From positions 30,014,401-30,078,400 of the forward strand of contig CM120641.1 of assembly GCA_051362555.1 (NCBI GenBank): 64,000 nt of DNA, given 5' to 3'. The notes beneath the pieces are model-generated. The model was not told the DNA's origin, searched no databases, and saw only the letters and a program-made list of their open reading frames with translations. This DNA is from Lingula anatina. Taxonomy: Eukaryota; Animalia; Brachiopoda. Positions 1-13,951 of the stretch are shown here, in pieces; the first letter of the stretch is position 1; each line of letters starts with the position of its first letter. The translations under genes and the position numbers were made by a program.

Positions 1-2394
1 TTGATTAACTTAAAGCAAGGCATGGCAGTGTTAAAAGCTGTATTGAGTGTACTCTTAAATCGATTGCTTTTCATCTGCAGTATTCTTCATTGTAGAGAAT
101 ATACGTTGATCTACAATGCGTTTGAAAAACAGTACGCAAAGTTCAAATAAAGTCAGTTCGGAATAATGGTAATAGATTAACACGACCCGGAACTTCCAGA
201 CTGAAAAACACCCACGCGGCCACCTTTCCGGCAATGAGTACATCAATACTCCACTACCGTGTAGGTAAACATAATACGTCAGAGCTAAATAGGATTCTTA
301 AACGTGCGCACCTATGCGTCATTTTCCTAGTAGTAAATACGCGTAAGCAAATTTCTTCATACCCGGCATACTGGCCGGCCTACGATCACCGTCAAGTTGA
401 ATATTTATAGATTTATTTACAGCCTGGAACAGAAAATGTGGCGTACAACTTGCCAAAGGTCCTGGGAAAGGTCTTGTGGAGATTCCTGCAGTTAGCTTTG
501 CCACAGCACATTGCTTGTCATTATCTAGTTTGACATCGGTACACTTTAGCGTCGACCGTGCGCTTCTTTTACTTGAGTAATCTGCAAACAAACCGACTTA
601 GCATCAAAAACTTGGACGGACTTCTAAATTTCAGATCTTTGGTAACGCTGCGCATACTACGTGAAGTAATCACAAATTTAAGAAAAGTATTTCAATTTTA
701 TCAGGTGTAGGCTACCATTTTTCTCTTCTTTTAAGACACGGAAGTGATGTGGAAACATATTAATAAAGGAATATGCAATAAAAACGTTTTCCGGGTAGTG
801 TTGATATGAAATGTATTTATGTAGCATCAAGGTGGAGTTTAGGTTAACTTTGAAATTTGCCTTTTATACTGGTACACGATGTCAAGTAAATGACAAAATC
901 GCCATGAACTCATCTTGTTTTCCTAACTTATCAAGAAAGCCATATAAATCTTTTAAAATACCGTTGATTTCAATTGGCTTGCTATGTTGATTATTCTGTG
1001 AGAAGAACAGTGTCCATTTAAACGCTGGCCATACAGTAAGAATGCAAAACACAATCATAGCTCTACTAACACAGTTTGCTGTCTTGGCGATTGCACATGA
1101 GAGACCTCTACACCAACAACCACCACGCTTAGAAACTTTGGTTACTGGTGAACGTTTGCCTGAGTTTTCACACCTGTGCCAGAGAAAGATGTTGTCATAA
1201 ATGAAGAATATGGATTCCAAATCTTGTGCCTTTAGATCCCGTGTCAACATATATTCCCGAAGAGTGTATTACAGTGTTAGCTCCAGTTCAGAAAAAAAAG
1301 TGAATCTTTCAAAACAGGCATCTTTACAAATAAAACAGCAATTGCATAATATATTAAAATTACCTACTGTTATCAACTTCTTAAAAAAGATTTTTTGAAA
1401 AAAAAACGGCATTTTGTAATGAAATCTTTTATGATTATGTAATGAAAACTTTTTATAACGCGCAAAACGCAATCCAAAATTCCATGGGTCGTGTCAGATT
1501 TATGTAAAGTAGCTCAAAGAAAACCTAAGGACACATAATGACTAGTTAAACGGATTATTTGTTGTCGATCGCTAACTACATGTTCTACGTGAAGGCTTCA
1601 ACTTTTGATCCCTCTCCTATAACCCGCGTCCGTCTTCTTAGCTCTCCCGAGCGATCTCTCTAATCTGATCTCCCATATACTACTACTGAATGTCTTACAT
1701 CCAAAATATTTAAGGTGCACTATTGCGCGGTGCATACAAATTTTAATTACTCAAATTGCACATTTTGTTAAAAAGTTAACAAGCACGGTAAAATCATTCG
1801 AGTCAATTTCTGTTATTTCTCCAATGCACCAGTCTTTATCATAAACTGCGACAACCCATTCTCGGTCGTTGTAACTTTAAGGAATGGTTTTACTGTATTT
1901 GGGCATTGGATTATCACTGTTTGTCACTACCTCGACATAGTAAAATAGGATCCAATTAAACCGCAATGTTACCTACTGAATATAATTGTTGCTTTGATAA
2001 TGCTTACTATATCTAGCTATATGTCTCTCTAGTGTGTGTGCCGTAAATGATCCTTGAAATGACCCAAAAACATGACAAAACTATTCTGAGAGCTTTCTTT
2101 TCCGTAATGTACAGCTGCAAAAGAGACTGGTATGTCTGTGCCCCAGATTTAAGCGCTGTTTTAGTGTCATTTTCGGCTAAGAGTTAAAAAGTTTAAAATA
2201 CGCAGCAGTTTGGAAAGACAAAATTTTTGTTATATAACTAAGATCTAATATACCGTTTATTAGATCTTAGGTTATAATAAGACAAACCCTTTCCCGTTAA
2301 CATGAAAACCGCCCATTGTAAATCCAACTCATAAGAATATTTTGAAGGACTTTCAAAGATGATAGCTTGTTGTTACCCAGTATCGTGGACGTGC

Positions 2395-2396
<2 letters not shown>

Positions 2397-2466
<70 letters not shown>
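2397..2466. repeat. (TA)n microsatellite
   Basis: Direct reading. Confidence 0.98.
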
Positions 2467-2473
<7 letters not shown>

Positions 2474-2498
2474 GAAAAAATGAACAGCAACTTTTTTG

Positions 2499-2529
2499 CC
2501 CCGACCGGTTTCTTTCTTTCTTCAGGGGG
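2499..2529 (-). ncRNA. Minimal hammerhead ribozyme motif in the pLTR (GUC site)
   Basis: cccc-CUGAAGA-aagaaa-GAAA-CCG-GUC-gggg: core, 4-bp helix I, palindromic ACCGGU helix III. Confidence 0.65.
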
Positions 2530-3362
2530 TTTTGTTTATTTGTTACTAGGTGATGTCATAAAGGCTAAAATGTGACGTCTGTAACAATGGGTGTTTAATT
2601 GTTACTTTTACCAATGCTTTTATCTATTCAATGTACGTTTATACTTATTAATGAATAGATTTTCTTTCATTTCCCTTTCTGTTTGGGTTGTTTCCCTAGT
2701 GAATTTATAAAATGGGAATACAACTGATACAAAGTGGGATTAAAAAGGCAAAACAGATACCGAAGAACGACCTGAGGACCACCAAAGACAAAATTAAAAA
2801 GGAAGCCATACCGTACATATCAACATATAATCCAAAAAATCCGGAAGTACACAATGTCATTACTGGAAACTTACCTTTGGTAAAACAAGATGACAAAATG
2901 AATGAGATACTAACCGAAATGCAGATTATAAAGAGTAAGAGACAAAGTCCATTACTAAAGCAAATTTTAACAAAAGCAAAATTTGAAAACAATTCCAGGA
3001 CAAACGTGGAAACCTCAACAATACGAGTACAGAAATGTGAGGTACCCAGGTGTGGCACCTGTCCACTAATTAAAGAGGGAAGCCATCTAACATTTAAAAA
3101 TGGACTTACATTTAGAATTAAACACCCATTCACCTGCACTAGCTCAAATTTAATTTATGTATTAGCTTGCAGTGGATGCGGTGAGAACTATATAGGACAA
3201 ACTGGAGACGCTCTCCGACATAGAATGACCGTTCACAGACAACAAATAAGACAACCTAAATATTAGTGCACGTCTGTGAGTGGGCACATTAGGGAATGCT
3301 CTATGAACAAAAACAAGGACTTTACGGTATTCCCATTTTATAAATTCGCTAGATAAACAAAA

Positions 3363-3393
3363 CCCCCTGAAGAAAGAAAGAAACCGGTTGGGG
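3363..3393 (+). ncRNA. Minimal hammerhead ribozyme motif, second pLTR copy (GUU site)
   Basis: Same motif as 2499-2529 with a C-to-U change at the cleavage position. Confidence 0.6.
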
Positions 3394-3569
3394 CAAAAAA
3401 GTTGCTGTTCATTTTTTCTTTTTATTATATATAATATTACTCGTACAGGAAAAACGTTTTTACTTTATATATATATATAATTTCTTGAACAGCTAGCGGT
3501 ATGAATGAGTACTATATCAGAATTGACTCACAAAACCACAGAAATAACGTTTTAAAATAACCACAGTAA

Positions 3570-3892
3570 TTTTATTACAATTAATATATTGATTGACCAA
3601 AAAGACAGCTTCTCAACACTGTCAGAGAAAGACAACTGAAGTTATTATGACATTGCATCAGAAAAGAGGGATTAGAAGATCTTCCTAGCGGTAGAATACC
3701 TGGCAAAAGTGCCCGAGGCAGACAATCAGACAACGAAAGTCCTTTCTTGACAATTTTGAATTACCAACAAGACACCTTTGGTCATGGGCGAGAAATAGAA
3801 CCCTTTGGCAAAACAAGGAGTTATAACTCCTTGGGCAAAATATCATCGTTCGTCAAACACCGAATCGGTGATGGCACATGAAGAAGAAGAAT
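3570..3892 (+). mobile_element. RTE-clade LINE 3' fragment (decayed)
   Basis: Reads LNTVRERQLKLL*HCIRKEGLEDL..GRIPGKSARGRQ, the typical RTE C-terminus; (GAA)n tail. Confidence 0.7.
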
Positions 3893-4657
3893 ATATTATT
3901 TTGTGACGGAGGTCAGCATAACAGATGTAAAGTGACATGCATTCTTTATCAGTTGTTATTCACGGGATTAATTTTCACTACTGAATTTTTTTTAGAAAGA
4001 AGTTTATCCTGTCTTAACAAAAAGGATGTTTTTAACTTTCTAAAGCCACGTTTTCTTTAAATTTGGTCCGTTACTGAGGTTAGGCTCTTAAATGTACATA
4101 TGTAACACCCTAACTTAAGTGTGTAAACAGTCTATAATGGAACCAACATTTTAAATGAACAAATATATCTGTTTTATTAAACTTGCTGTATTATGAATTT
4201 GAAAAATACACAGGAAGGCCATTTAAGAGCATTTTCGTCTATTCTTACATTTACTTTAAAAAGTGTTACGAAGGTTAGTTGTTAGGCCTACTGAACGATA
4301 ATGCTTAAACTAGAGCGGATAACTAACCGACAAATTCGACTGAGAACACCATGTATGATATAAAGAAACATGAATTCAAATTAGTTGAGAACTAAAAATA
4401 CTAAAAGACTGGAAAATATATGCGTTTTCTTGTGGCAAATCAGCTATAATACTGAAGCAAAATGTATAAATCGTATTTTTTGCGTCAAATAGACCCAGGG
4501 GATCCCGTCAAAGCGAGTGGAACAATATAATTTTTTTTTTTAGAACACATGGGGTCCTGTTGAAAAAGGCTAAAAAAAGCAAAATTACAGACACTTTTAC
4601 TACCGAAAATAAGCTGCGCCAGACAGTATTCGAAATTGAACCCCTTTTCGTGGAATG

Positions 4658-4835
4658 CAGTGGCGGATTTAGGGGGGTCCTGACCCCCCCCCCCTCCCCT
4701 TCGATTTCTGAAAAAAAAATCGCACCAATGGTCCCCCTCTTTAAATTAGAATTTTGACTAGCTTAATCATAGTTCTAAACCGTACCAAGTGGCACCGCTC
4801 GCCCTTTAAAATACCAACATTTTTCAGGTCCCTTC
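4658..4835 (+). mobile_element. hAT-type MITE fragment (CAGTGGCGGATT terminus); related copies at about 6829-7130, 10780-10940 (-) and 22128-22352
   Basis: Shared CAGTGGCGGATT..GGGGGTCC..CCCC..TTAGAATTTTGA sequence across copies. Confidence 0.65.
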
Positions 4836-6049
4836 AGCTTAGGTTGCACTGCGGGATTATTGGGTCCCATTTTAGTAGCACACAGTAAAAATAAAATATG
4901 AAATGTGAATTCTACAGACGCATCTATCAATATATTAGCGATGAAATGTATCCAGTAGTGTTAAATGTATTTATCATAGTAGTCCTTGAAAAGTAAGCAA
5001 GATGCCCGTTGTAACTATTTGCCATTTGTTGATTTGCAATTAACATGTTTTATTAATTTTTCTATCTTATCATGTAATATTTGTCGTAACAAATCCCGAA
5101 TTCAGCTATTAAAGTTTACTTTTAGCTAAAAAATATCAAAGCAAAGATGGTCGCTTTTGACCTAACCTTCGTTACGAAATAACTTACTTTTCATATGAAC
5201 ATAACATTGGGTATGTGTGTGCTGATTGATCTACGTTCATATCATAATAGATTGATAGCATTTTGTTCATAAACAACTAGTATAATATAAAAGCAATAAT
5301 ATATGTCCCCAATGATTTCTGAAATATTCAAATTAGGATATCTCAGGCTTTATATTTATAGAAAACGTCTGAGTTATTACCAATGTTTTTGCACCGCATT
5401 TTCTAGAATTGAAGAGAAATCTTAAATTGGTAATAATAGTTTTGAATACATACAAAATCTTGGTATTTGAATCAAAGCTGTAACCTGTGACCTATGACAT
5501 GATTGAAATGTAACCTAATTTAGATGTTAACCTGTAACCTGTGGCATGATTGAAATATAACCTAATTTAGATGTTGTCTAACCTCCGTAATATAAAATAT
5601 TGTACTACTGTATGTTTACACGTGCATATTTCTTTAAATACAGTAATATTCTACATCTCTCTGAATACCTCTATTAAAATAATGAAAAAAAGTTCCCCCG
5701 TTTTGCAAGGTTCATATTTCTGCATTTCTCTTTTTGGAATTGCAATGGCCGTTGAACAAAAATCTAAATGGTTTTATCTCTCTTTTTGGTTTTTTTTCAC
5801 AAACGGTCGATCAATTAATCAAATGCTGTTTTTCAGGAGCTTAAGAACTTTTTCATGATAATTCTTGTAGAATTGGGACGGACAGAAAAAATTTTTTCCG
5901 AATCAACTTGACATAGGCATATAACAAAAAAAAAAAAAAAAAACGTAACATTTGTGGTATACAGTGGTGGCAACCACTGTTAGCATATAAAAATACTTAA
6001 AGAGTGGTGGATGGACAGACATATAAAACGATCAACGGTGTGGCTTTGC

Positions 6050-6490
6050 TATGTAAGACAAGTATTATATAGTTATTTTTACCGAGGAAATTTTTATGTA
6101 TATACCAATAAATGTATATTGTTTGATAGACTCATAAATTTATAGTGTCCTCTGTACGCTTGCAGGCAGCACACAAAAATCTAGCTAAATTTCTTAAGTC
6201 TGTAACATTATTAGTGCTTAAAAGCTGTACTATTTTGAAAGTAGTTTGTCTTCTCCAATAATAATGTTTGATATAATCTCTACTAAGATCAGAGTACAGT
6301 TCGCAGATCAAGATAAAATGATACTCATCTTCCACTACATTATCATTTAAACAATACTGACAAATTCTTTGGTTACGAGGGATATTATTATATCTACCTT
6401 TCTCTATCCTTAAAGGATGTAATGAAGTTCTAGGTTTACAAATTGTTTGTCTATATCTGTATGCTAAAATTTTCTTCAATACAAGTAAAA
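6050..6490 (-). mobile_element. Non-LTR retrotransposon 3' end (C-terminal CCHC zinc knuckle, RTE-X/L2-like)
   Basis: LRIEKGRYNNIPRNQRICQYC...VEDEYHFILICELYSDL motif. Confidence 0.8.
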
Positions 6491-6828
6491 TTGCAGGCTG
6501 TAAATAAAACATTTGTTTTGAGCGTCGCAGGGGGTGTTAAACCGTCGTACGTAGGGGAGAGGCGGGGGTTCTGTTTGCTCATAGCCAAAGATGGACGACA
6601 TGATCAAAATGCCCCGGACAACCTCGTAATCTGTAAAATAATAATAATAATAATAATGAAATATAAAATTAGAAATAAAGTTAATTTGAAGAAAATGAAA
6701 GTAACCGAAAAATTTCACAGAGAAAAAGCTGTAATGTGTTCAAACACCATGTCTTGTAAAATGTTACAATTTCAATCAATAAAAAGGTTGCCAGAGGTAC
6801 TTGTACTAAATCTTAAAGGGCTGCATAT

Positions 6829-7130
6829 CAGTGGCGGATTTGTGTGTGTGTGTGTGTGGGTGGGGGGGGGGGGGGGGGTCAGGGGGGTCCTGCCCCCCCC
6901 CCCCCCTCGATTTTTGAAAAAAAAATTACACCTTTGGTCTCCTCTTGAAATTAGAATTTTGAAAAGCTGAATCATAGTCCTTAACTGTACCAAAGGAACC
7001 GTTTGCCCTCTTAAATATCAAATTTGGGGCCCTTTTGCGGGCCCCAAACCCCACGCCAAGGGGGAGGGGGTGTGACTTCACATGCGGGGACCCCCCTAAT
7101 CCTGCGGCACCTGGGCCTCAGTATGGATGG
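6829..7130 (+). mobile_element. hAT-type MITE copy
   Basis: CAGTGGCGGATT start; homologous to 4658-4835. Confidence 0.6.
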
Positions 7131-7897
7131 AAGAACGCCTAGTTGAACCCAAAATACATGTGTGCAGTTCACACAGGGGCATCTGCTGCATATGAAGGGC
7201 CTTGTCATCACCGCCATGAACTGAGGGGATTTCTTTTGCAGGACTGATAGATGACGTGATTGGCTAACTTCGTCCTTGCTTTGGTACATCTATAAAAGAA
7301 AATAATAAGTTTTATTCTTAGGTATATTTTCCTGAGACTATTAACGTTCTTTGAAGGTATATAACTACGTGAAGATCGATAGATGACCATTAAGTAATTG
7401 CGGTAGTTGAGCAAGTGTCCTTCGGTCCAACCCACCCCTCGGGTGATTTCGTATTTTATCACAAACCAGTCGAGGTATCCCGAATGCCGTTATTTGCTTT
7501 AAGCTTGGTGTATAAGATGGCACCTGTATGACACATTGTCACTGGCGGGAATTGCAATATCTTTCTTTAAAGGCCTGCTGCATTAAAAAAAAATATGCTA
7601 AAAATGTAAAAATCAGTTTCTTTCCTATAAATTTCCTTGTAGCACGTCGGAAGACAATTTCTTTAGAATAATTGTAACTTTATCCCAAAACCTAACGATT
7701 AATCGACATGGTTAACTACCAAACCATATACGTGCCGTTGTCCTTTTTAAATTTTACATTAATAATAATAATAAGTTTGATATCTCCTTCGGTCCATTAA
7801 AAAACTTCCAAAGAAAGGAATCAGCTTTCGAGCGTGCCCCGAACCTGACACCATAGTGGTGAGGGCTGGCCTCGCGATCTGAGGCCTGTCAATCCCG

Positions 7898-7932
<35 letters not shown>

Positions 7933-10900
7933 CTCCCTTCAAAAAATTCTGGAGCCGCCCCTGTATTTAGATATACAGTATTTATTTCCATAATATACAA
8001 AATATTATAAATATTTATACATTTCGGGAAAACAAAGGGCATCTAAAACAAACAAACAAGCAAACGCAACACTGCTACCGTGCAACAAATATCTGCAATG
8101 CTCAATACCATAACCAGCATATACCAACTTAGGATGCTGGTAGTCGAGTAGCCAGAATGCTAACCCTGTAATGTTTTTTCCTGTAATTTTTTTTTTTGCT
8201 GAAATGCATTCTTCAGGCCGAGGGAAGCAAAGTTTGCTTGGTTGCTATTTTCAAGATTTGAGCATTTTTCAATATGGCCATCAATTTATGAGGAAAAATA
8301 GAAAAACGACCAGAAGTCGCTAGATATACTTTATTTAGAGATTGTTTGAACGTTTATCCTATTAGAAGAGCACAACAGGACTAGTGAATACACTTAAGTG
8401 TGTAACTTTCAGCAAAATACCAAAATGGCCGTCAAAACATATGGCAGAAATTTTAAAAAAGCTGCAAAATTTCTTTCTTTCTTTCTTTATTAATTAATTT
8501 ATTTATTTTAGGCATTTTAGTCTTATTGAAAGCATACCCGCTTTTGATATTAATGTTCATTTTGTTAGCCATGATCCTAAACTCTCGTAAACTGCGTATT
8601 TGACTTCAACTGATGGTGGCAGACGGCTTCATCTCCCAGGTCCTTTTGCCACTCCCACGAACCACATCGTCGAAGTCTTCTATGTTATATCTTGCGAACT
8701 TTTTAAAAAGAAATTATATCATCTGGGCTACAAAACTGAGAAAAGCTAATTAAGCTTTACTTTCTTTGCCGGTTGATACGTACGGATAATTTTTCAGAAT
8801 TCAAGATGACCGTCAATTTGTTATATGAATAGCAAGAGCCCTACGTTCAAATAAAGCCTCGGTCACGTTTGTGATGACGTACTGACGGCGTACGTCAGTT
8901 TTGCTTCCTGTTCTCCTCTTTTTTATTCTTCCTCCCCCCTTTTTTCTACTATGTAAGCTTCTTTCTTTTGCCTTTTGGAGGCATATCAGAAACTAAATTG
9001 AACGAAAATTTGAAAATTTTAAAAATTGTTGTACACGTTACACAGTCGACGTTCATTGTAAAGACACGAGCGTGCGTCGTGAGCAAGCCTTTTATACACC
9101 AGGCGTGGGGGTGACGCACGTGCGACGCATTCCCGGTGTGCTCTCGACTTTGTTCGTTAGTTGTGAGGGCGTGCGCCTTACTCAACACGCAAAGGGCACT
9201 TGTTCCTTCATTGCTTGCGACGTACGTCTTGCACAACGCGCGTCGCTCTTGCTAACTCCTTTGATGAAATTTCCTTCAGACTCAACCTGTATAAAAAAGA
9301 ACGTACTTAACCGTCAATCTTATCAAAGACGCTCTTCTATGGAGTCCTAGTATAACTGTACCTTACTAGTACACCTTGTCATTAAATAAATGAAAGTGAG
9401 ATTATCAGTTCAAAACGTAATTTAAATGCTCTTTTTTTGCCTTTTCCAACATTTTTAGTGGTTATATGAAATGCAGAATACCATGCACTCGCCTCATTAA
9501 TGACTAATTGAATGAATCTTACTTACTCATTATTGAATATTTACATATTTCAGGATACTTCTTGGTCGCAAGTTAAAACTGTCTATTGATAACTCGAAAA
9601 AAAAAAATCCCACTCAGTTTTCATCCAACCGATTGCAAATGTTATTTCACTTTTGTAGGGTCATATCATATCAAATAGATTTACATTCTAAAAACTTGAC
9701 ATTAAAATTTGTTAAACATAACTCTCAAATTTGCCTGAAATAATAAGACCTAATATAGACTAAGCTTAAAGCTTGTGGACATTCATTACATTATGGTTTT
9801 ACGACCTATCAATTGAGAATAAAGTGATTTTTCTTCAATCAACAGCTAATATTACCGCTAATATTTCGATGTTTCTCAGAACATCTTCATCAGGAACACC
9901 GGAATATTGGAGGTAATATTTGTTTTTATATCTTTTATCTGTTAAGGATTATGGGGTAGGAGAGTTATAACGATTTTATTTATGCGGTTTACTTCTACTG
10001 CTATATGTTCTGTAGTATTTATATCTTTAATGCTATGGTTTAGAGCTAGCATGTACACCTGAAGCCAGACCGCACCATCTCCAAGCATCCCAAAGATAAA
10101 CGTTATATAATAAAGTAAATATAAGTCAAACTTTCACTCTCACTCGCTGCAATGCAGTGTCTAGTATCAAACTGCATGTATATGTTATATTCTGTATATG
10201 TTACTATGAAAGCTGAATCTATAAGTAAATATTAGTGTAAGTTTCTCGTAGGTAACTTTTAAGGAAATCTGTCTAAATTAACGGCACGTGACATGTGGGT
10301 ATATAAAGTCCACACCCGTCACTTAACAGTAATAGCAGTAACATCAGTAAAGATACGTCGTATTTCTCACAGCTATTCAAGAAGCACAGAAGAAAGTAAT
10401 AGCAGTAACATCAGTAGAGATGCATTCTATTTTTCACACCTATTCAAGAAGCATAGAAGAAAGACTAAATCAGAGTTGTGCCTTATCATCGTGTTCTAGA
10501 TCCTTCCAGAATACATGTGTAAAGAAATCATTTTACAGGAAATAATAAAGCACCTTATTTAACCGGACTCTGGGCTTGTGTTGATCAATTATATATTACC
10601 ACCGCGAACAACGTAACAAAAATAGTGGTAATAGGGGTATGGAATGGTCGGACCTCCAGTTTCACAATTTGTATATAAACGTTATCACAATCTCTGTTGT
10701 TTTCTAAAAAGGCATAACCTTTAAGTAGCAAATTTACCATTACTTCGGAACGACAGGCCTCGGATACGAAGCCGACTGTCACCCCCTTGGTGTGCTCAAG
10801 GAGCCGGAAAATTTTTTGGTGTTTTGGAGAGCAAACAGTGCCCTTTGGTACGGTTGAGAGCTGTGATTTAGCTAGTCAAAATTCTAATTTCAAGAGGGAA

Positions 10901-11666
10901 ATATTGGTGTTATATATTTTTCAGAAACCGAAGGAGGGTGGTTGCCTTAACTAAAAGCAACAGACCTAGTGGGCTTGGCTTTCGGATAACTTATTAGGAC
11001 AGGGTTTTAGCTTAAATCTTTTTGCTAGAAATATTCTTATAATAAAGATAAAGGTTTGATAGAAATGTAATTTGATTTTTGTGATTTTTAATAGAATGAA
11101 ATTGTAAAAGACATCTGCAATTTTGTTTTATATTATTGGCTATTTTTGTATAATGAGCTTTTGTATAAAGGAAACGTGAGTGAATTGCTCAGCTAACACA
11201 ATTTGCCTGTGCGAGTACATGAGACGTCTCGCGAGGCGCACTTTGAATGTTACCCGTTTTTCATCCGTTATTTTAGGATGTGTTTTTCACGTTTTATACA
11301 GCGCCATTAAGACATCATTGCCTGCGCGCTTTCCGAACACGTTTTGCGAAGACGTTTGGCGCACTCTGAATTTTTCCTGTTTGTCCCTCTATGATTTTAA
11401 GGGGCGTTTTTCACTTTTTACATGTGGGTTATTAAGATATCAGTGCCAGTGTCCGGTAAAGGTGTAACCATTCCCTGGATTCTATTCGAACACTCTTACG
11501 TTATTTATTCAATGAGGTAAAAATGAAAACCACGCCAGTCAGCAAAATGTACTTCATATAGGCTGTGTAATTCAGGTTATTTCATCATTTTGGCTTTAAC
11601 GCAAAGACCACTTTCTAGTTTTTTACTTCTCACTTCAACCCCTGAACCAGTCGAGGCAGACTGTTT

Positions 11667-11880
11667 GGGCGTATTCCCAGACATTTAGATCGATCTATCC
11701 CCGTGGGGAGTCTCACTAGATTACTGTCAGATAATCCAGCTTAAATGTCCGTCCCGCCTACTACAAGCTGTAAGGGGGTAATTAACTTTCGTGCCCGCTC
11801 GGCTGACAGCTATTTAGCGTGAACCCCCAGGGAGTTAGGTCGATCTAGTTTGGATAGGTCCAATTTCTGGGAATGGGGTC
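11667..11880 (+). mobile_element. About 214-bp Harbinger/Tourist-like MITE, subfamily A
   Basis: Ends GGGCGTATTCCCAGA ... TCTGGGAATGGGGTC; near-identical copy at 55222-55435 with TTA TSD. Confidence 0.85.
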
Positions 11881-13012
11881 AAAGACTTAGGAAAAATCGC
11901 TGGCAGGGTTTTGGAGTACTAAATGGTGTCATTAAATCGGCTTTAAAAGGTGATTGTGGGTGCTCAGGTATCAGACAATTTTGAGAAATTCGCGCTCACT
12001 TCCCTTCCTTTGTACTCCAAACGGATGAAAAATGGAGTTAAACGCCCCATTCCCATTGCTATCTCACTTCGAAAGGTGATAAATTGACGATTAAAGCTTT
12101 GAGTTGCCTATTATTGCAACGAAAAAACATATTTTCATTTTCAGTACCTGGTACAATAAGGGTTACAATATCCTTAATCTGCACTAGCTTTAGGTCTTGG
12201 GTCTAAATGACCAAATGCTCATAAGAAATGCTCATAAGAAACATTGGTATTGCCTACAGTTATGATTATCCACATGTCTGCCAATCATTTGGAATAAGTA
12301 TTCATAAAATATTTGCCTCCGATGACAAGGAAACTGTTTAGCATGGCATTTGAGAAAATCATTATCTTAGTCCTTTCCATTACTCTTACTAACTCTAATC
12401 CTTTTCCTCCTGAAGCCCCCGTCATATTTATTCGGAATCAAAAGGAATCAAACAGAACCAGCCGGTATGACTAAATTTTAACATTCGTACCATATTCGGG
12501 AGGGAATTTCAAATTGGCCTAAATTCTTACGGCTTTGTTAGAATGCCTCTGGAATACTTAGAATACACATCGAACCCGCCTGGAATGATTCTTGCACATA
12601 ACAGGTATATTACCTCTCAAATGCATCTCGAATGTAGTTGGAATACAGTAGGAATATTGCGAATGTTGTTAGAATGCAGTCAGAATATTTCGAATGAAAT
12701 TCAAATGCCGCACGATTGTGGTTTGACTGTTGGCCGAATACAGGCTGAAGTATGTCAGAAGATTCCTCAAATGATGTACGAATTGAACTCAAATGCATTC
12801 AAAACGCTCCTGGTATGGCTGCCAATGATGGTTTGAAAAATCAAGAATTCAAACAGAATGCAGCTAAAATACTTAGAATTACTTTCGAATATGTTTAGAA
12901 TGTAACACGAATGCCCAGTGTATAAAGAACGCCCCTGGAATGGTCACTGATAGGGTATAAAATGGTGCGGAATGTTGCATTTTCATCAGTCTCATCCCCG
13001 CCACCATAGACA

Positions 13013-13951
13013 ATGGACAACCTGGACCATTTTGCTTTGCTGCAAATTGCTGACCTCCAGCAAGACCTGCTTGAAAGAGATGTGGGGGCCAGAATAAAGA
13101 AGCAGGATACCAAAATGAGGAAGGCGCTACCGCTATCACCTGCCCAACCACTCCAAGAGAATGGGCACCTATTGAGGAGGTCTTCAGAAACAGGTGGAAT
13201 GTTCCTCACTCTGTAGGAGCTCTAGATAGCCAGCATGTAGCCATCAGGAAACCTGCCAAGAGTGGTTCCTTGTACCATAACTACAAGGGATTCTTTTCTG
13301 TGGTTATCATGGCCCTTGTGGATGGAGACTACAAGTTTCTGTAGATAGACATCAGTGCATATGGAAGTATGTCTGATGTTCAGATTTTCAACCAGTCTGA
13401 GCTCAAGGACTGCCTGGAAGATGGGAGTATAGGATTGCCTAAGCCTTCCCCCTTACCCAAAGATGACGAGCCTATGTCATACTTTATCCTGGGAGATGAT
13501 GCCTTTGGAATAAGGACGTTCTAGAGGAAACCAGATGGTAACAGGAATCTCCATAGGGAAGAAAAGATAGTATAACTACAGGGTTTCCAGGGGTCGACGT
13601 GTGGTGGAGAACGCACTTGGTATTTTGGCCCAGAGATGGCAAGTCCTCCGGACCACCATGCAGCCAAGTCTTTCCATTGTGCAGGACATCGTTGAATGCT
13701 TTGTGTGCCTGCACAACTTAATGAAGATCCGTTATCCTGTTCTCCACAGTGGTTTGTTGGATGAGGAAGATGATGAGCACAGTGCAGTTCCAGAAGCCTG
13801 GAGGCAAGTTGTTCAGCTTGAAGATGTGCAGCATGCTGCAGGAAGAAACAGAGACACCAAAGCTGGAAAGAGGCAACGGGAAATCCTCAAGCATTACTTC
13901 AACAACCCAGCAGGAGCTGTGCCATGGCAGAACAGGATGACTGATGGATAG
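13013..13951 (+). pseudogene. Harbinger (HARBI1-like) DDE transposase pseudogene
   Basis: [66 protein letters not shown]; stops, frameshifts and an internal deletion. Confidence 0.92.

Larger units (their letters stand above)
2467..3432 (+). mobile_element. Penelope-like retroelement, 5'-truncated, with an inverted pseudo-LTR
   Basis: ORF 2712-3266 has GIY-YIG endonuclease motifs (C..PRCGTC, NLIYVLACSGCGENYIGQTG, RHRMTVHRQQI) and a premature stop. 2467-2720 is an inverted copy of the ORF C-terminus (VFPFYKFTRETTQTEREMKENLFINKY) plus 3' UTR. 2467-2540 and 3353-3426 are inverted repeats; TA-rich flanks. Confidence 0.9.

Noticed and set aside
319-1472. Minus-strand ORFs of 90-122 aa at the window start
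   Set aside because: No recognisable domain or consistent splice structure; could be a decayed gene or TE but cannot be supported
5478-5585. Tandem duplication of about 50 bp
   Set aside because: Ordinary local slippage with no further structure
6443-6970. 175-aa + strand ORF
   Set aside because: Runs through microsatellites and a MITE; spurious
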